Under the pieces are notes generated by a model. The model did no database searches. It had not been told where the DNA came from and saw nothing but the letters and a program-made list of their open reading frames with translations. DNA of 64,000 nucleotides from Nitrospirota bacterium (lineage in GTDB: Bacteria; Nitrospirota; UBA9217). The translations under genes were made by a program, and so were the position numbers. Shown in pieces: positions 33,547 through 44,260 of this stretch. Each line of letters starts with the position of its first letter. Positions within the stretch are counted from its first letter, which is position 1. The stretch lies in the NCBI GenBank assembly GCA_963751455.1, contig CAVVUN010000015.1:832001-896000 (forward strand). The letters are read 5' to 3'.

Positions 33547-33616
33547 GTCATGCCGGACTTGATCCGGCATCCAGAAGGTTATGAAAAGACTGGATTCCAG
33601 CTTTCGCTGGAATGAC
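33547..33616. repeat. REP/RPE-like double-hairpin element
   Basis: gtcatgccggacttgatccggcatccag ... ctggattccagctttcgctggaatgac. Confidence 0.85.
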
Positions 33617-33702
33617 GGTACATGATAAAATGGCAATTAAAATACACTAACTAGAGAAGCAGCATTCTATCCGTTTTTATTATCCGTCAGGAGGATACCT
33701 TT

Positions 33703-34245
33703 ATGGTAGGAATCGATTTCGGCAAACCGCTGTTTACGAGCGAAGAAATCCAGAGAAAGATCCACGAACTGGGCGCACGGATCTCCGCCGACTATGCGGA
33801 CAAGGACCTGCTCGTGGTCGGTGTGTTGAAGGGGGCTCTCTTTTTCATGTCAGACCTGCTCAGGTCCCTCAGGATATCCGTATGCATGGATTTCATCCAC
33901 TGCACAAGTTCCGCTTCGATGGACCGCGAGCACCCGGTACACATGATATCCGACCTGAAGGAAGATATAGCCGGAAAGCATGTTCTCCTGGTCGAGGATA
34001 TCATGGATTCCGGCGTGACCGTGGACTATCTCAAACGGATGCTCATAGAACGCCGGCCGGCTTCCCTCAAAGTCTGCGTTCTGCTTGACAAGCCGGATCG
34101 CAGAAAAGTGCCGATTGAAGCGGATTTTGCAGGCTTTCGCATCCCGAATAAATATGTTGTCGGATACGGACTGGACTACAAGGACCGTTACCGGAACCTG
34201 CCGTACATCGCTGTTCTCCCCGTTGAAGAGCGGAATACGCCGTGA
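33703..34245 (+). CDS. hpt: Hypoxanthine phosphoribosyltransferase
   Basis: VGVLKGA, VLLVEDIMDSGVT, VVGYGLDY..YRNLPYI. Confidence 0.93.
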   Translation: MVGIDFGKPLFTSEEIQRKIHELGARISADYADKDLLVVGVLKGALFFMSDLLRSLRISVCMDFIHCTSSASMDREHPVHMISDLKEDIAGKHVLLVEDIMDSGVTVDYLKRMLIERRPASLKVCVLLDKPDRRKVPIEADFAGFRIPNKYVVGYGLDYKDRYRNLPYIAVLPVEERNTP

Positions 34246-34286
34246 GGAACTGCCTGCCAGTGAATCACTGCGGGAGTACAAATCTG

Positions 34287-34315
34287 TTGTCACACCCTCG
34301 CTAATGTGCTATTAT
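34287..34315 (+). promoter_or_regulatory. Sigma70-type promoter of ftsH
   Basis: TTGTCA-17 bp-TATTAT with an extended TG. Confidence 0.6.
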
Positions 34316-34362
34316 TACAAGACCACGCTTGTATTGGGCGCGGTCCAGGGAGGTTTCGATCA

Positions 34363-36162
34363 GTGAGTGCTTTCTACAAAAATCTTGCGCTGATTCTTCT
34401 GTTCGTGGTCGTATCAGTGCTTATCTTCAATCTTTTCAATCCGGTCAACCCGACCGCCGTACAGATTCCCTTCAGCGACGTCATGGACAAGATCGGCAAT
34501 AACGAGGTGAACGACGTCACGATCAAGGGCAACGAGATGTTCGGCAACTATAAAACCGGAAAGTCCTTTAAGACGAACCTTCCGGACTATCCGGACCTTG
34601 TAAGGGACCTCCGGACCAAGGGCGTAAAAATCAACGCCGAACCCGTAAAGGAATCTGCCTGGTATAATTTCCTGGTCGTCTGGGCGCCGCTCATCCTCAT
34701 GGCTCTCTGGTTCATGTTCATCATGCGCAACATGCAGGTGGGCGGGAACAAGGCCATGTCCTTCGGCAAGAGCAAGGCGAGGCTATTGAACGAAAGCTCG
34801 AAGAAAGTCACGTTCAATGAAGTGGCCGGTATGGACGAGGCGAAGGTCGAGGTGCAGGAGATCATCGAGATTCTGAAGGACCCCCAGAAATTCCAGAAGC
34901 TCGGCGGGAAGATCCCCAAGGGAGTGCTGCTCGTCGGCCCCCCCGGCACCGGAAAGACACTCCTGGCGCGTGCCATAGCAGGGGAAGCCGGGGTGCCTTT
35001 TCTTTCGATCAGCGGCTCCGATTTCGTCGAGATGTTCGTCGGTGTCGGCGCCTCCCGTGTACGCGATTTGTTTGAGCAGGGAAAGAAGAACGCTCCCTGC
35101 ATTATTTTTATCGACGAGATCGACGCAGTCGGCCGGCACCGGGGAGCAGGTCTGGGCGGCGGACATGATGAACGGGAACAGACGCTGAACCAGCTCCTGG
35201 TCGAAATGGACGGATTCGAGAGCAACGAGGGTGTTATCCTTGTGGCTGCGACCAATCGTCCCGACGTGCTCGATCCTGCGCTTCTGAGGCCGGGCAGATT
35301 TGACCGCATGGTTGTAATCCCGAGGCCTGACTTGAACGGCAGAATCGGAGTGCTCAAGGTGCATACGCAGAAAATCAAGCTTGCGCCGCACATTGACATC
35401 GAATCCATAGCCCGCGGCACGCCGGGCCTGTCCGGGGCAGAACTGGCCAACCTGGTGAACGAAGCAGCACTGCTCGCCGGCAGGATGGGCAAGACCCAGG
35501 TCGAAAACGACGACTTCGACCGCGCCAAGGACAAGATCCTCATGGGTCTCGAGCGCAAGAGCATGCTCATCAGCGACGACGAGAAGAAAAACACGGCATA
35601 TCACGAGGCCGGACATACTATGGTCGCCCGGCTGATTCCCGGAACCGATCCGGTGCATAAGGTTTCGATCATCCCTCGCGGTATGGCGCTTGGCGTTACG
35701 CTTCAACTTCCGACGGCCGACCGGTATTCATATGACCGGGAGCATTTGCTGAACAATATAGCGATATTGCTCGGCGGCAGGGCCGCGGAAGAGATCGCGC
35801 TTCAGCATATGACTACCGGGGCGGGCAACGACCTCGAACGGGCCACTACGCTTGCGCGGAAAATGGTCTGCGAATGGGGAATGAGTGATGCGATGGGGCC
35901 GCTGTCGTACGGCAAAAAGGAAGAGCAGATATTCCTCGGCCGCGAGATCGCGCAGCACCGCGATTACAGCGAGCACACCGCGGTCGAGATCGACACCGAA
36001 GTGAAACGCATCGTAATGGATAACTACCACCGGGCCAAGAGCCTCATCCAGGACCGCGTGACCGTGCTGCACGATCTTGCGAACTCCCTGCTCGAAAAAG
36101 AGACCCTCGACGCCGCCGACATAGACGCCATCGTAAATAACGGCCGGCCCGCGGTTGCTTAA
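34363..36162 (+). CDS. ftsH: ATP-dependent zinc metalloprotease FtsH
   Basis: [29 protein letters not shown] start after ggagg. Confidence 0.97.
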   Translation: MSAFYKNLALILLFVVVSVLIFNLFNPVNPTAVQIPFSDVMDKIGNNEVNDVTIKGNEMFGNYKTGKSFKTNLPDYPDLVRDLRTKGVKINAEPVKESAWYNFLVVWAPLILMALWFMFIMRNMQVGGNKAMSFGKSKARLLNESSKKVTFNEVAGMDEAKVEVQEIIEILKDPQKFQKLGGKIPKGVLLVGPPGTGKTLLARAIAGEAGVPFLSISGSDFVEMFVGVGASRVRDLFEQGKKNAPCIIFIDEIDAVGRHRGAGLGGGHDEREQTLNQLLVEMDGFESNEGVILVAATNRPDVLDPALLRPGRFDRMVVIPRPDLNGRIGVLKVHTQKIKLAPHIDIESIARGTPGLSGAELANLVNEAALLAGRMGKTQVENDDFDRAKDKILMGLERKSMLISDDEKKNTAYHEAGHTMVARLIPGTDPVHKVSIIPRGMALGVTLQLPTADRYSYDREHLLNNIAILLGGRAAEEIALQHMTTGAGNDLERATTLARKMVCEWGMSDAMGPLSYGKKEEQIFLGREIAQHRDYSEHTAVEIDTEVKRIVMDNYHRAKSLIQDRVTVLHDLANSLLEKETLDAADIDAIVNNGRPAVA

Positions 36163-36173
36163 AGGAGGACGGC

Positions 36174-37322
36174 ATGGAGCCTGTCCTCCGGATTTCCCGT
36201 CACGGAGCGCTGATGATCACTTTCAACGGCGCTGATTCAGTGCAGACGGCAGCCATTCGCGATATTTTCCAATCAACCTGCGGGACCGGCACCATACCGG
36301 CCCCGCTTTCTTTTTCCCGCCCGGGAATACAATCAGAGCAATCCTCAGCTGCGCCGACCCTGACCGGTACGGTCCAGCAGCTTCAATCCTTTATTCACGC
36401 ATGTGTTGAAAAAGAAGTCTTTCCGCAGGCAACCTGTAAAAAAATAGAGTCTTTGCTTGACAACCATCTTCGCTCGGATTATAAAATTATCTGCAGGGGA
36501 AAAGTCCTCGAGCTCGGAACCCGTACGCACATCATGGGCGTCCTCAATGTAACGCCCGATTCCTTTTCGGACGGAGGGCTTTATTCCGACCCGGAGCGCG
36601 CCCTGGTTCATGCCGGGGAAATGGCTGCCGCAGGAGCGGATATCATCGATATCGGCGGCGAGTCAACCAGGCCCGGCGCACAGCCGTTGTCCCCGGAAGA
36701 GGAACTTCGGCGGATAATTCCGCTTATCGAACGCCTGTCCGGGGAGCTCGCGGTGCCCATCTCGGTAGATACCTATAAGTCTTCGGTTGCAGAAAGGGCG
36801 CTTCAGGCCGGGGCATCGATCGTGAACGATATCAGCGGACTCCGGTTCTCGCCGGATATGGCCGGCCTCGTGGCTGACTTTAATGCAGCCGTTATCATTA
36901 TGCATATCAAGGGCACGCCCCGGGACATGCAGCAAAACCCCTCGTATGAGGACGTGATAGCGAGAAATCCGGACTTATCTGGCGGAGGGGATGGCCATTG
37001 CCGAAAGGGCGGGCGTGGACCGGGAAAAGATTCTGATCGATCCGGGCATCGGCTTTGGCAAGACGCTCGAACACAACCTTACGATACTGAACCGGCTCGA
37101 AGAATTCCGGGCACTGGGCAGGCCGATCGTGCTCGGCACGTCGCGGAAGAAATTTATCGGCGACCGTCCTCGGTATCCCCATTCCCTGAGCAACGGATTG
37201 AGGGTACCGCGGCAACCGTGGCTCTCGGAATCGAGCGCGGCGCAAGCATAGTCCGCGTCCACGACGTCGCCCGCATGACCCAGGTGGCGCGGATGACGGA
37301 TGCGATATTGAAACAACGATAA
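36174..37322 (+). CDS. folP: Dihydropteroate synthase with N-terminal extension; middle part scrambled by compensating frameshifts
   Basis: MGVLNVTPDSFSDGG, GGESTRPG, VRVHDV. DPGIGFGK and GTSRKKFIG lie in ORF 36991-37251. Confidence 0.93.
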   Translation: MEPVLRISRHGALMITFNGADSVQTAAIRDIFQSTCGTGTIPAPLSFSRPGIQSEQSSAAPTLTGTVQQLQSFIHACVEKEVFPQATCKKIESLLDNHLRSDYKIICRGKVLELGTRTHIMGVLNVTPDSFSDGGLYSDPERALVHAGEMAAAGADIIDIGGESTRPGAQPLSPEEELRRIIPLIERLSGELAVPISVDTYKSSVAERALQAGASIVNDISGLRFSPDMAGLVADFNAAVIIMHIKGTPRDMQQNPSYEDVIARNPDLSGGGDGHCRKGGRGPGKDSDRSGHRLWQDARTQPYDTEPARRIPGTGQADRARHVAEEIYRRPSSVSPFPEQRIEGTAATVALGIERGASIVRVHDVARMTQVARMTDAILKQR

Positions 37323-37335
37323 GGCATAGAGGTTT

Positions 37336-37468
37336 GGACGCGGATAAACGCAGAAAAGTCGGATTAAACCTTTAGCATCCCCGAATTGGAAAGCGCTTGA
37401 AGCATTTCTTGGTTACTAAATCAAGGTTATTGTTTTTATCCGCGTTAATCTGCATTGATCCGTGTCCC
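37336..37468. repeat. Palindromic element with 9-nt periodic arms
   Basis: ggacgcggataaacgcagaaaagtcggat / atccgcgttaatctgcattgatccgtgtcc. Confidence 0.8.
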
Positions 37469-37481
37469 GCGTTTTGATTTT

Positions 37482-38277
37482 ATGCTCAACAACTTAACCG
37501 AAATACGCTCCGCCCTTGTTAATTACCGCTGGTTCAATGATACGGTAGACATCGCCCTGGTCTATTACATTTTTTACCGGTTGTTGCTCATCATCAAGGG
37601 GACCACGGGCCTTCCAGATGCTGATCGGCATCGGGATCATCGTCATCGCCCTGATCGCTTCCCGGGCGCTCGAAATTTACACGCTTGACTGGCTGATCCA
37701 CAGCTTCTGGTCCCAGATCGTACTTGCCATTGTGATCCTGTTCCAGCCCGAAATCAGGCGCGCGCTGGCGCAGGTGGGGGAGCGCCGTCTCTTCCGGTCC
37801 ATGTCGTTCGTAGAGGGATCGAAGTTCGTCGAGGAGGCGGTCAAAGCAGCCGTCTCCATGGCGAACAAACGCATAGGAGCGCTTATTGTGCTGGAGCGCG
37901 AGACCGATCTCTCGACGATCGTCGAGATGGGCACGGAACTCGATGCAAAAGTAACGAAAGAAATACTCGTCAGCATATTTCTTCCCTATTCACCGATTCA
38001 CGATGGTGCCGCCATTATCAGGACGGGAAGGATCGTGGCGGCCGGGTGCTTTCTGCCGCTTACCCTGTCATCGAATCTTTCCAAGAAGCTTGGAACCCGG
38101 CACCGGGCGGCTGTAGGGCTTACCGAAGAATCTGATGCAATCGTGGTCGTTGTTTCCGAAGAAACAGGTGAGATCTCGGTCGTATCGAATGGCGCGATCG
38201 AGCACAATGTAGATACACCGACACTCAGAAAAACTCTTTCCGACATTTTTGTAAAGAAAAAAGGCAGGAAGGCGTAG
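37482..38277 (+). CDS. cdaA: Membrane diadenylate cyclase, frameshift near 37605
   Basis: FQPEIRRAL, HDGA, GTRHRAA motifs. Confidence 0.93.
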
Positions 38278-38316
38278 GATCTAAAAACCTTGCGGTATGG
38301 TCACGACGCATTCATT

Positions 38317-38970
38317 ATGGATCTTAAAAAATTACTATTTGACAACTGGGGCATAAAACTGATCTCGCTCGGATTGTCGCTCGCTCTCTGGTTCTATGTG
38401 ACCTCAACCGGCAAAACCGAGATGACGCTTATCGTGCCGCTCGAGCTGCAGAACATCCGTCCCGGCATGACCGTGGTGGGTGACGTGGCCGGCGCACTCG
38501 AAATACGGGTCCAGGGCCAGGAGCGAGTGCTCCGCGACTCGGCAATCGGTAAAAAAGTGGTGGCGGTCATTGACCTGTCGATGAGCCGGGAAGGAGAGAA
38601 TACGGTCCGCATCTCTCCGGACGATATCAAGCATCCGGCCGGGATGACCGTGACACATTTGTCCCTGCCGGAGATAAAAGTCAAACTGGAACGCCTTATG
38701 CGGAGGTCGTTCAGACTCACGCCGATCCTGCGCGGCGCCCCTGCGTCCGGGTATCGCTTGATCGAGACGAATGTTACGCCGACCAGGATTATGGTCGAAG
38801 GCGCAGCGAGCGTAATGAAGACGCTGAAAAAACTTGAGACCATGCCGATCGATATTCAGGGCGCGAGGGAAACCATAAACATCGAACCTAAAATCGATTA
38901 CCAGAGGCAGTCGATTAAGCTTCTGGAAAAGAAAATTACCGTACGGATCGGCATTGAAAGGATGAGGTGA
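38317..38970 (+). CDS. cdaR: YbbR-domain regulator of CdaA
   Basis: KLISLGLSLALWFYV anchor; lies between cdaA and glmM. Confidence 0.85.
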   Translation: MDLKKLLFDNWGIKLISLGLSLALWFYVTSTGKTEMTLIVPLELQNIRPGMTVVGDVAGALEIRVQGQERVLRDSAIGKKVVAVIDLSMSREGENTVRISPDDIKHPAGMTVTHLSLPEIKVKLERLMRRSFRLTPILRGAPASGYRLIETNVTPTRIMVEGAASVMKTLKKLETMPIDIQGARETINIEPKIDYQRQSIKLLEKKITVRIGIERMR

Positions 38971-39095
38971 GTACTCAGGACAGCTGCTTCGGTGCAAGGT
39001 AAAGCTTAGACCCGCTGTCGTACCATCTCCTTGAGAAACAGGAGACGGGAATCATGGACCTCAGCAGAAGACCTGAGTCGTAAGAGGAGGAGATA

Positions 39096-40445
39096 ATGAA
39101 GAAACTTTTCGGAACGGACGGAGTACGCGGCGTCGCAAACCAGGACCCAATGACGTCCGAAATGGCCCTCCGCATCGGACGGGCGGCCGCGCATGTATTC
39201 CGCGATTCTTCCCGGCGGCATCGGGTTGTGATCGGCAAGGACACGAGGCTTTCGGGATACATGATCGAAAGCGCGCTGACATCGGGGCTCTGCTCAATGG
39301 GCGTGGATGTGCTGCTTGTCGGCCCCATGCCTACGCCCGGCATCGCTTTTCTCACCCGGAGTCTCAGGGCTGACGCGGGCGTCGTGATCTCCGCATCGCA
39401 TAACCCGTATGAAGACAACGGCATCAAATTTTTCGGCCGCGACGGATTCAAGCTGCCGGACGAGGTCGAGCGACGCATGGAGGAGCTCATCTTTTCGGGC
39501 GCCATCGATTCCATCCGGCCGACTGCCGCCGAAATAGGAAAGGCGTTCAGGATCGATGATGCGGTCGGCAGATACAATGAATTCGTAAAATCGTCCATTC
39601 CGCGCGGAATGGATTTCTCGGGCCTGCGGGCAGTCGTCGATTCAGCCAACGGCGCTGCGTATAAGATCGGGCCGAGCATACTGACCGAACTTGGTGCTGA
39701 GGTCATGTCGCTCTACGATCAGCCGACGGGCATGAACATCAACCAGGGGTGCGGCTCCCTGCACCCGGAAGTCATCTCCCGGGCCGTTACCGCGAACCGG
39801 GCAGATATCGGCATCGCCTTCGATGGAGACGCGGACCGCGTTATTCTGTGTGATGAAAAAGGCATCGAGATCGATGGCGACGCCGTTATGGCAATTTGCG
39901 CGCTGCAGATGATGAAAGAGGGCAGGCTCAAGCAGAACACCCTCGTCGCTACGGTCATGAGCAATCTCGGGCTGGAACTGGCGATGCAAAAGGCAGGCGG
40001 CAAACTTGTCCGCGCCGCTGTCGGCGACCGTTATGTCGTGGAAAAAATGGTGGAGGGTGGATACAACCTCGGCGGCGAGCAGTCCGGTCACATTATTTTC
40101 CTCGATAACAATACAACCGGTGACGGCCTTATCTCCGCACTTCAGATTCTGGCGGTAATGAAGCAAACCGGAAAAAAACTGTCAGACCTCGCCTCATGTA
40201 TGAAGACCTATCCCCAGACACTCGTCAATGTAAAGGTCAAAGCGAGGCATGAGTTGTCCTCGATTCCCGACATTGCGAACCGAATGGCCGAGATCGAGAA
40301 AAAGCTCGAAGGCACTGGCCGTCTTCTGGTCCGTTATTCCGGGACGGAGCCGAAAGTACGGGTCATGATCGAGGGTGAAGATAAGGGCGAAATCCAGGCG
40401 CTTGCAAACGGGCTCGCGGGAATCATAAGGGAGAAGCTGGGGTAG
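39096..40445 (+). CDS. glmM: Phosphoglucosamine mutase
   Basis: [35 protein letters not shown]. Confidence 0.97.
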   Translation: MKKLFGTDGVRGVANQDPMTSEMALRIGRAAAHVFRDSSRRHRVVIGKDTRLSGYMIESALTSGLCSMGVDVLLVGPMPTPGIAFLTRSLRADAGVVISASHNPYEDNGIKFFGRDGFKLPDEVERRMEELIFSGAIDSIRPTAAEIGKAFRIDDAVGRYNEFVKSSIPRGMDFSGLRAVVDSANGAAYKIGPSILTELGAEVMSLYDQPTGMNINQGCGSLHPEVISRAVTANRADIGIAFDGDADRVILCDEKGIEIDGDAVMAICALQMMKEGRLKQNTLVATVMSNLGLELAMQKAGGKLVRAAVGDRYVVEKMVEGGYNLGGEQSGHIIFLDNNTTGDGLISALQILAVMKQTGKKLSDLASCMKTYPQTLVNVKVKARHELSSIPDIANRMAEIEKKLEGTGRLLVRYSGTEPKVRVMIEGEDKGEIQALANGLAGIIREKLG

Positions 40446-40465
40446 CCAAGCACCGGGAACGCAAA

Positions 40466-40570
40466 GACGATGGACGAGGGGCGATGGACGAACATTCCAG
40501 AGAGCCCGGATGCTGTCTTATGAATTACCGGGAACCCGATACAGGATGCATGATGCACGATAACGGATAG
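40466..40570. repeat. Two degenerate 7-nt tandem arrays
   Basis: gacgatg-gacgagg-ggcgatg-gacgaac (40466-40493); gatacag-gatgcat-gatgcac-gataacg (40538-40565). Confidence 0.65.
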
Positions 40571-40623
40571 CAGCTCGGAACTCTGGTATTCCTGCGATTC
40601 ACAATCCGGGACCCGAAATTCCT

Positions 40624-43174
40624 ATGCGGAAACCCATCGCGGTCATTACACTGGCGTATAGTGCAGGCCTTCTGCTCGGGCACGGGTTTCTCTACTTCCC
40701 GTATTCTCTCGGCGTCCTGCTTTTTTGCAGTGTCATCGCTTTAACAATTCTTATACGACTTGCCAGACTCTCTTTTCAGCGCTTCCTGCTTACACTCATT
40801 TTCTGCACAATCGGTATAGGCTGTTATGTCTACTCGGCAGTCTGGCTGCCTCCGCAGCACTATACCCGTGTTGTTTCCTTAGACAAGGCCATTCACAACG
40901 TAAGCGGTAAAATTATCTCGCCGCTGGATAGGGATCCGGACAGAACCGGTTTTGTTATAGAAGTTTCGGATATCGACGCCAGGACGGCGATGGGCAGGAT
41001 GCGGGTCAGCATTCGGGAAGCCGTACAATCGTTCGGGTATGGCGATGTGATCCGGCTTTCGGGAAAGATATATGAGCCGAGAGGCTACAATAACCCCGGA
41101 GGCTTTGATTACCCGGCATACCTTGCGAGAAGCGGCATTTATCGCACAGTCAGCGTAAAAAGTGGAGACCGGATACTGGTGCTGGCCGGGGGCAAAGGTA
41201 TTTTCAGAAGCATCCAGGATTGGCGGGAGAGCATTCGTCAGTCATTTCTCCATTTTACCACCGGCTCCGCATCGGCAATACTCCAGGCAATGGTCCTGGG
41301 GGAAGAAGGTTCCCTTACGGACGATCTGCGGGAAATTTTCCTGGCAGCGGGCGTAACGCATATAATCTCCATTTCCGGGTCCCATCTCGGCATGGTCGCA
41401 ATCCTGTGCTTCGGTTTTGTACGCCTGGTAATGCGTCTTCTGCCGGAACGGACGTACCACCTGATCACCCTTTACACCGAGCCGAGAAAAATAGCGGCGC
41501 TGCTCACGCTTCCGCTTCTTATTTTTTATACGCTCCTTGCCGGCGGACAGGTAGCAACAATCCGCTCCCTCATCATGATCGCCGTCGCGCTGGCGGCCCT
41601 GGTTCTCGATCGTGAGAACGCGCTGCTCTATTCGCTATTGTGCGCGGCATTGCTTATTCTCATTGCCGGGCCGCAGGCTCTCTTCGACATCTCCTTTCAG
41701 CTTTCGTTTATCTCGGTATTCAGCATCGCCTCTCTAGTCACGTTCTGGGCCGAGCTTGGGATCAAGACCCCAACTTTTTATTCTAAACTTATGAGCGCAG
41801 CCGTTCTCATGATTGCCGTATCCCTTGCCACAACCGTAACGACAGGGCCGGTTACGGCACATTATTTCAACCAGATTTCCTTTGCCGGAATTATTTCCAA
41901 CATGCTGATCGTGCCCTTTGCCGGGATGGTGGTAGTGCCGCTCGGACTGTTCTCGGGCATCCTCTCGCTTTCTCTTGATCACCTTCCCCTGGCATGGCTC
42001 AATCAGGCTGTTGCGGATTTATTCATCCGGACGGTCGCATTTTTTTCGCGGCTGCCGCTTGCACAGTTCCACCCGGCGTCGCCCGGCGTGCTGCTGCTCG
42101 TTTGTTACGGCGTTATTGTTATCTCTTCGGCGGTTCTTATCAGGGACCGGGTGCTGTATCACATTAAACCGCTTGAATATTCATCACGAAGTTCAAAAGG
42201 CTGGGTCAGCATTCTTGCTCTGTCGGGCTTAATAATTATTGCGATTGTCTCCGCGCGCTTCTTCATCACGAAGCAGAACATTGAGGTGAGCTTTCCGGAC
42301 GTGGGGCAGGGCGATTCGGAGCTGATAGAATTGCCTTCCGGCGCAAATATACTTATTGATGGAGGCGGCACCCATGACAACAGGTTCGATATCGGCAGAC
42401 ATGTTCTGGCTCCGTATCTCTGGAACCGCGGCATCAGGCGCCTTGACCTTGTTGTATTATCTCATCCGCAGGCAGATCATATGAACGGGCTCGTATATAT
42501 ATTAAAAAAATTCGATGTAGCGGAGGTCTGGCTGAACGGGCAGGAGAGCGATCGTTGGGGCTATCAGCGATTCATGACGGCAATCGCGAAAAGGAACATC
42601 ACGAAGAAAATCACTTCTGCTCATGATCCAGCGGTCCTGCTCGGCGGCGCCGAAGTTCGAGTGCTCCACCCCTCGGCCCCATTCCGCAGCCAGGACCGCA
42701 TGGGCCACGCAGTCGAGAACGACCGGTCGCTCGTGGTCCGGATCGATTACGAGGGGCATATGATGCTGTTTATGGGGGATATCGGCGTTAAGGCCGAGAA
42801 GGAACTGGTCAACTCAGGAGCAATTGTGAAATGCGACCTGATCAAGGTCCCGCACCATGGCAGTAAAAGCTTCGAGTTCGGAAGCCTTTGTTTCGGCAGC
42901 CGCACCCCGAGTAGCGGCGTTTACTGTGGGCGCGGGAAACCCGTTTCACCATCCGGCTGCTGAGATCGTTTCGAGGTATGAACGGCATGGAGCAGAAATA
43001 TGCCGTACAGACCGCCACGGCGCCTGTGTCGTTTCTTTCGGCAGTTCCGGCATGAGTGTGACGCGCTGGAAGGACAGGATGCTGAAGCGGATCGATCAGC
43101 ATACCGGAGCTTCCGCATGGGAGCAGGAACAGGAGAACATGAAGCGTCTGTGGCTCAGGAAATGGGAGCTTTGA
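40624..43174 (+). CDS. comEC: DNA uptake channel ComEC/Rec2, frameshift near 42870
   Basis: NPGGFDY, HIISISGSH, FQLSF, DVGQGD, SHPQADH, KVPHHGS, NPFHHP, RTDRHG. Confidence 0.93.
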
Positions 43175-44063
43175 TCGGATAGACTTTGAGGAAACTCAAA
43201 AACTCTTTCGCGGTGTGAGTGCAGTAGTTACGCTTCGGCGAGATGATGCTGAAGTTTCTGTGGAACTTGACGTCCTTGAATACGGCTGCTTTCAAAACGC
43301 CGTGCTTGATAGCCTGGCGCGCGGCCCAGGCCGATACGATCGAGACGCCCATGCCTTCCTCGACCGCGCTCTTGATCGCCTCGGTGCTGCCCAGTACCAG
43401 CGCAATCTTGAGGTTGTCCAGCTTGATGCCGTGGTCCTCGAGGTGCTTCAGGATTATCTGGCGCGTGCCGGAGCCTTCCTCCCTCAGGATGATGGGCTCC
43501 TTGGTCAGCTCGATTCCCGGGATGTTTCTTCGCTCAGTCCAGGGATGGGCGGGGGACATAATGATCACGAGCTCGTCGGAGAGAAGCGTCTCCACGGTAA
43601 AACGCTGTTTGCTGACGTCGCCTTCGACGAGCGCAATATCGATTTCGCCGGCGTTCAACTTCTCGGTGATGGTCTTGGTATTGCTCACGACAAGGGAGAC
43701 GTTGACCTGGGGAACTTTCCTTTTGAAAGAAGTGATGATCGAAGGGAGAAGGTAATTGCCGATCGTGGAACTTGCGCCGATCGAGACGGACCCCTTGATC
43801 GCGCCCGTTATCTCGCTGATGTTTTTCTGCGCCTCCGCGTACAGCGCCAGGATTTCCTTGGCCCTCTTGTAGAGAATTTCACCGGCCGGCGTCAGGTTGA
43901 TGCTGTTGCCGGACCGGTCGAACAAACGCGTTTCATACAGCTCTTCCATGGCCTGCACCTGGAGGCTGACCGCGGGCTGTGTCAGATGGATCAATTCCGA
44001 CGCCTTGGAGAAACTTTTCGTTTCCGCAACAGCGCAGAAAACTCTCAGTTTATGATCTTCCAT
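43155..44063 (-). CDS. LysR-family regulator (CysL-like)
   Basis: SFSKAS..LTQPAVS HTH; GASSTIGNYLLP, REEGSGTR, STEAIKSAV. Confidence 0.93.
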   Translation of the reverse strand: MEDHKLRVFCAVAETKSFSKASELIHLTQPAVSLQVQAMEELYETRLFDRSGNSINLTPAGEILYKRAKEILALYAEAQKNISEITGAIKGSVSIGASSTIGNYLLPSIITSFKRKVPQVNVSLVVSNTKTITEKLNAGEIDIALVEGDVSKQRFTVETLLSDELVIIMSPAHPWTERRNIPGIELTKEPIILREEGSGTRQIILKHLEDHGIKLDNLKIALVLGSTEAIKSAVEEGMGVSIVSAWAARQAIKHGVLKAAVFKDVKFHRNFSIISPKRNYCTHTAKEFLSFLKVYPIKAPIS

Positions 44064-44152
44064 ATATTTCCATATTCGTGAACCGCTTTTCGCTTGGATT
44101 GGACTGCGGTATGGCTGTGAATGGCTGAATGCTTATAACGATATCAGAATTA

Positions 44153-44181
44153 CTTATAAATCAATCCCGTGCGCTTGTCAA
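44153..44181 (-). promoter_or_regulatory. Sigma70-type promoter of the LysR gene
   Basis: Minus strand TTGACA-17 bp-TATAAG. Confidence 0.55.
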
Positions 44182-44209
44182 GAAGTTTGTCGTCCGGAGC
44201 CTCTTTTAG

Positions 44210-44244
44210 CGTTACGAAACTACCCGGTCGTTACGAAACTACCC
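44210..44244. repeat. 16-bp perfect direct repeat, two copies
   Basis: cgttacgaaactaccc at 44210-44225 and 44229-44244. Confidence 0.85.
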
Positions 44245-44260
44245 CGAATCAGACTGAAAA

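Noticed and set aside
34587-35706. Long antisense ORFs over ftsH (also over glmM, LysR, aroC and wzc)
   Set aside because: Shadow ORFs opposite well-conserved genes in GC-rich DNA, with no recognisable motifs.
3680-37468. CRISPR array interpretation of the repeats
   Set aside because: The repeats are inverted, degenerate and dispersed, with no regular repeat-spacer period and no cas genes.
37482-40445. c-di-AMP module as a novelty
   Set aside because: cdaA-cdaR-glmM is a well-known conserved operon.
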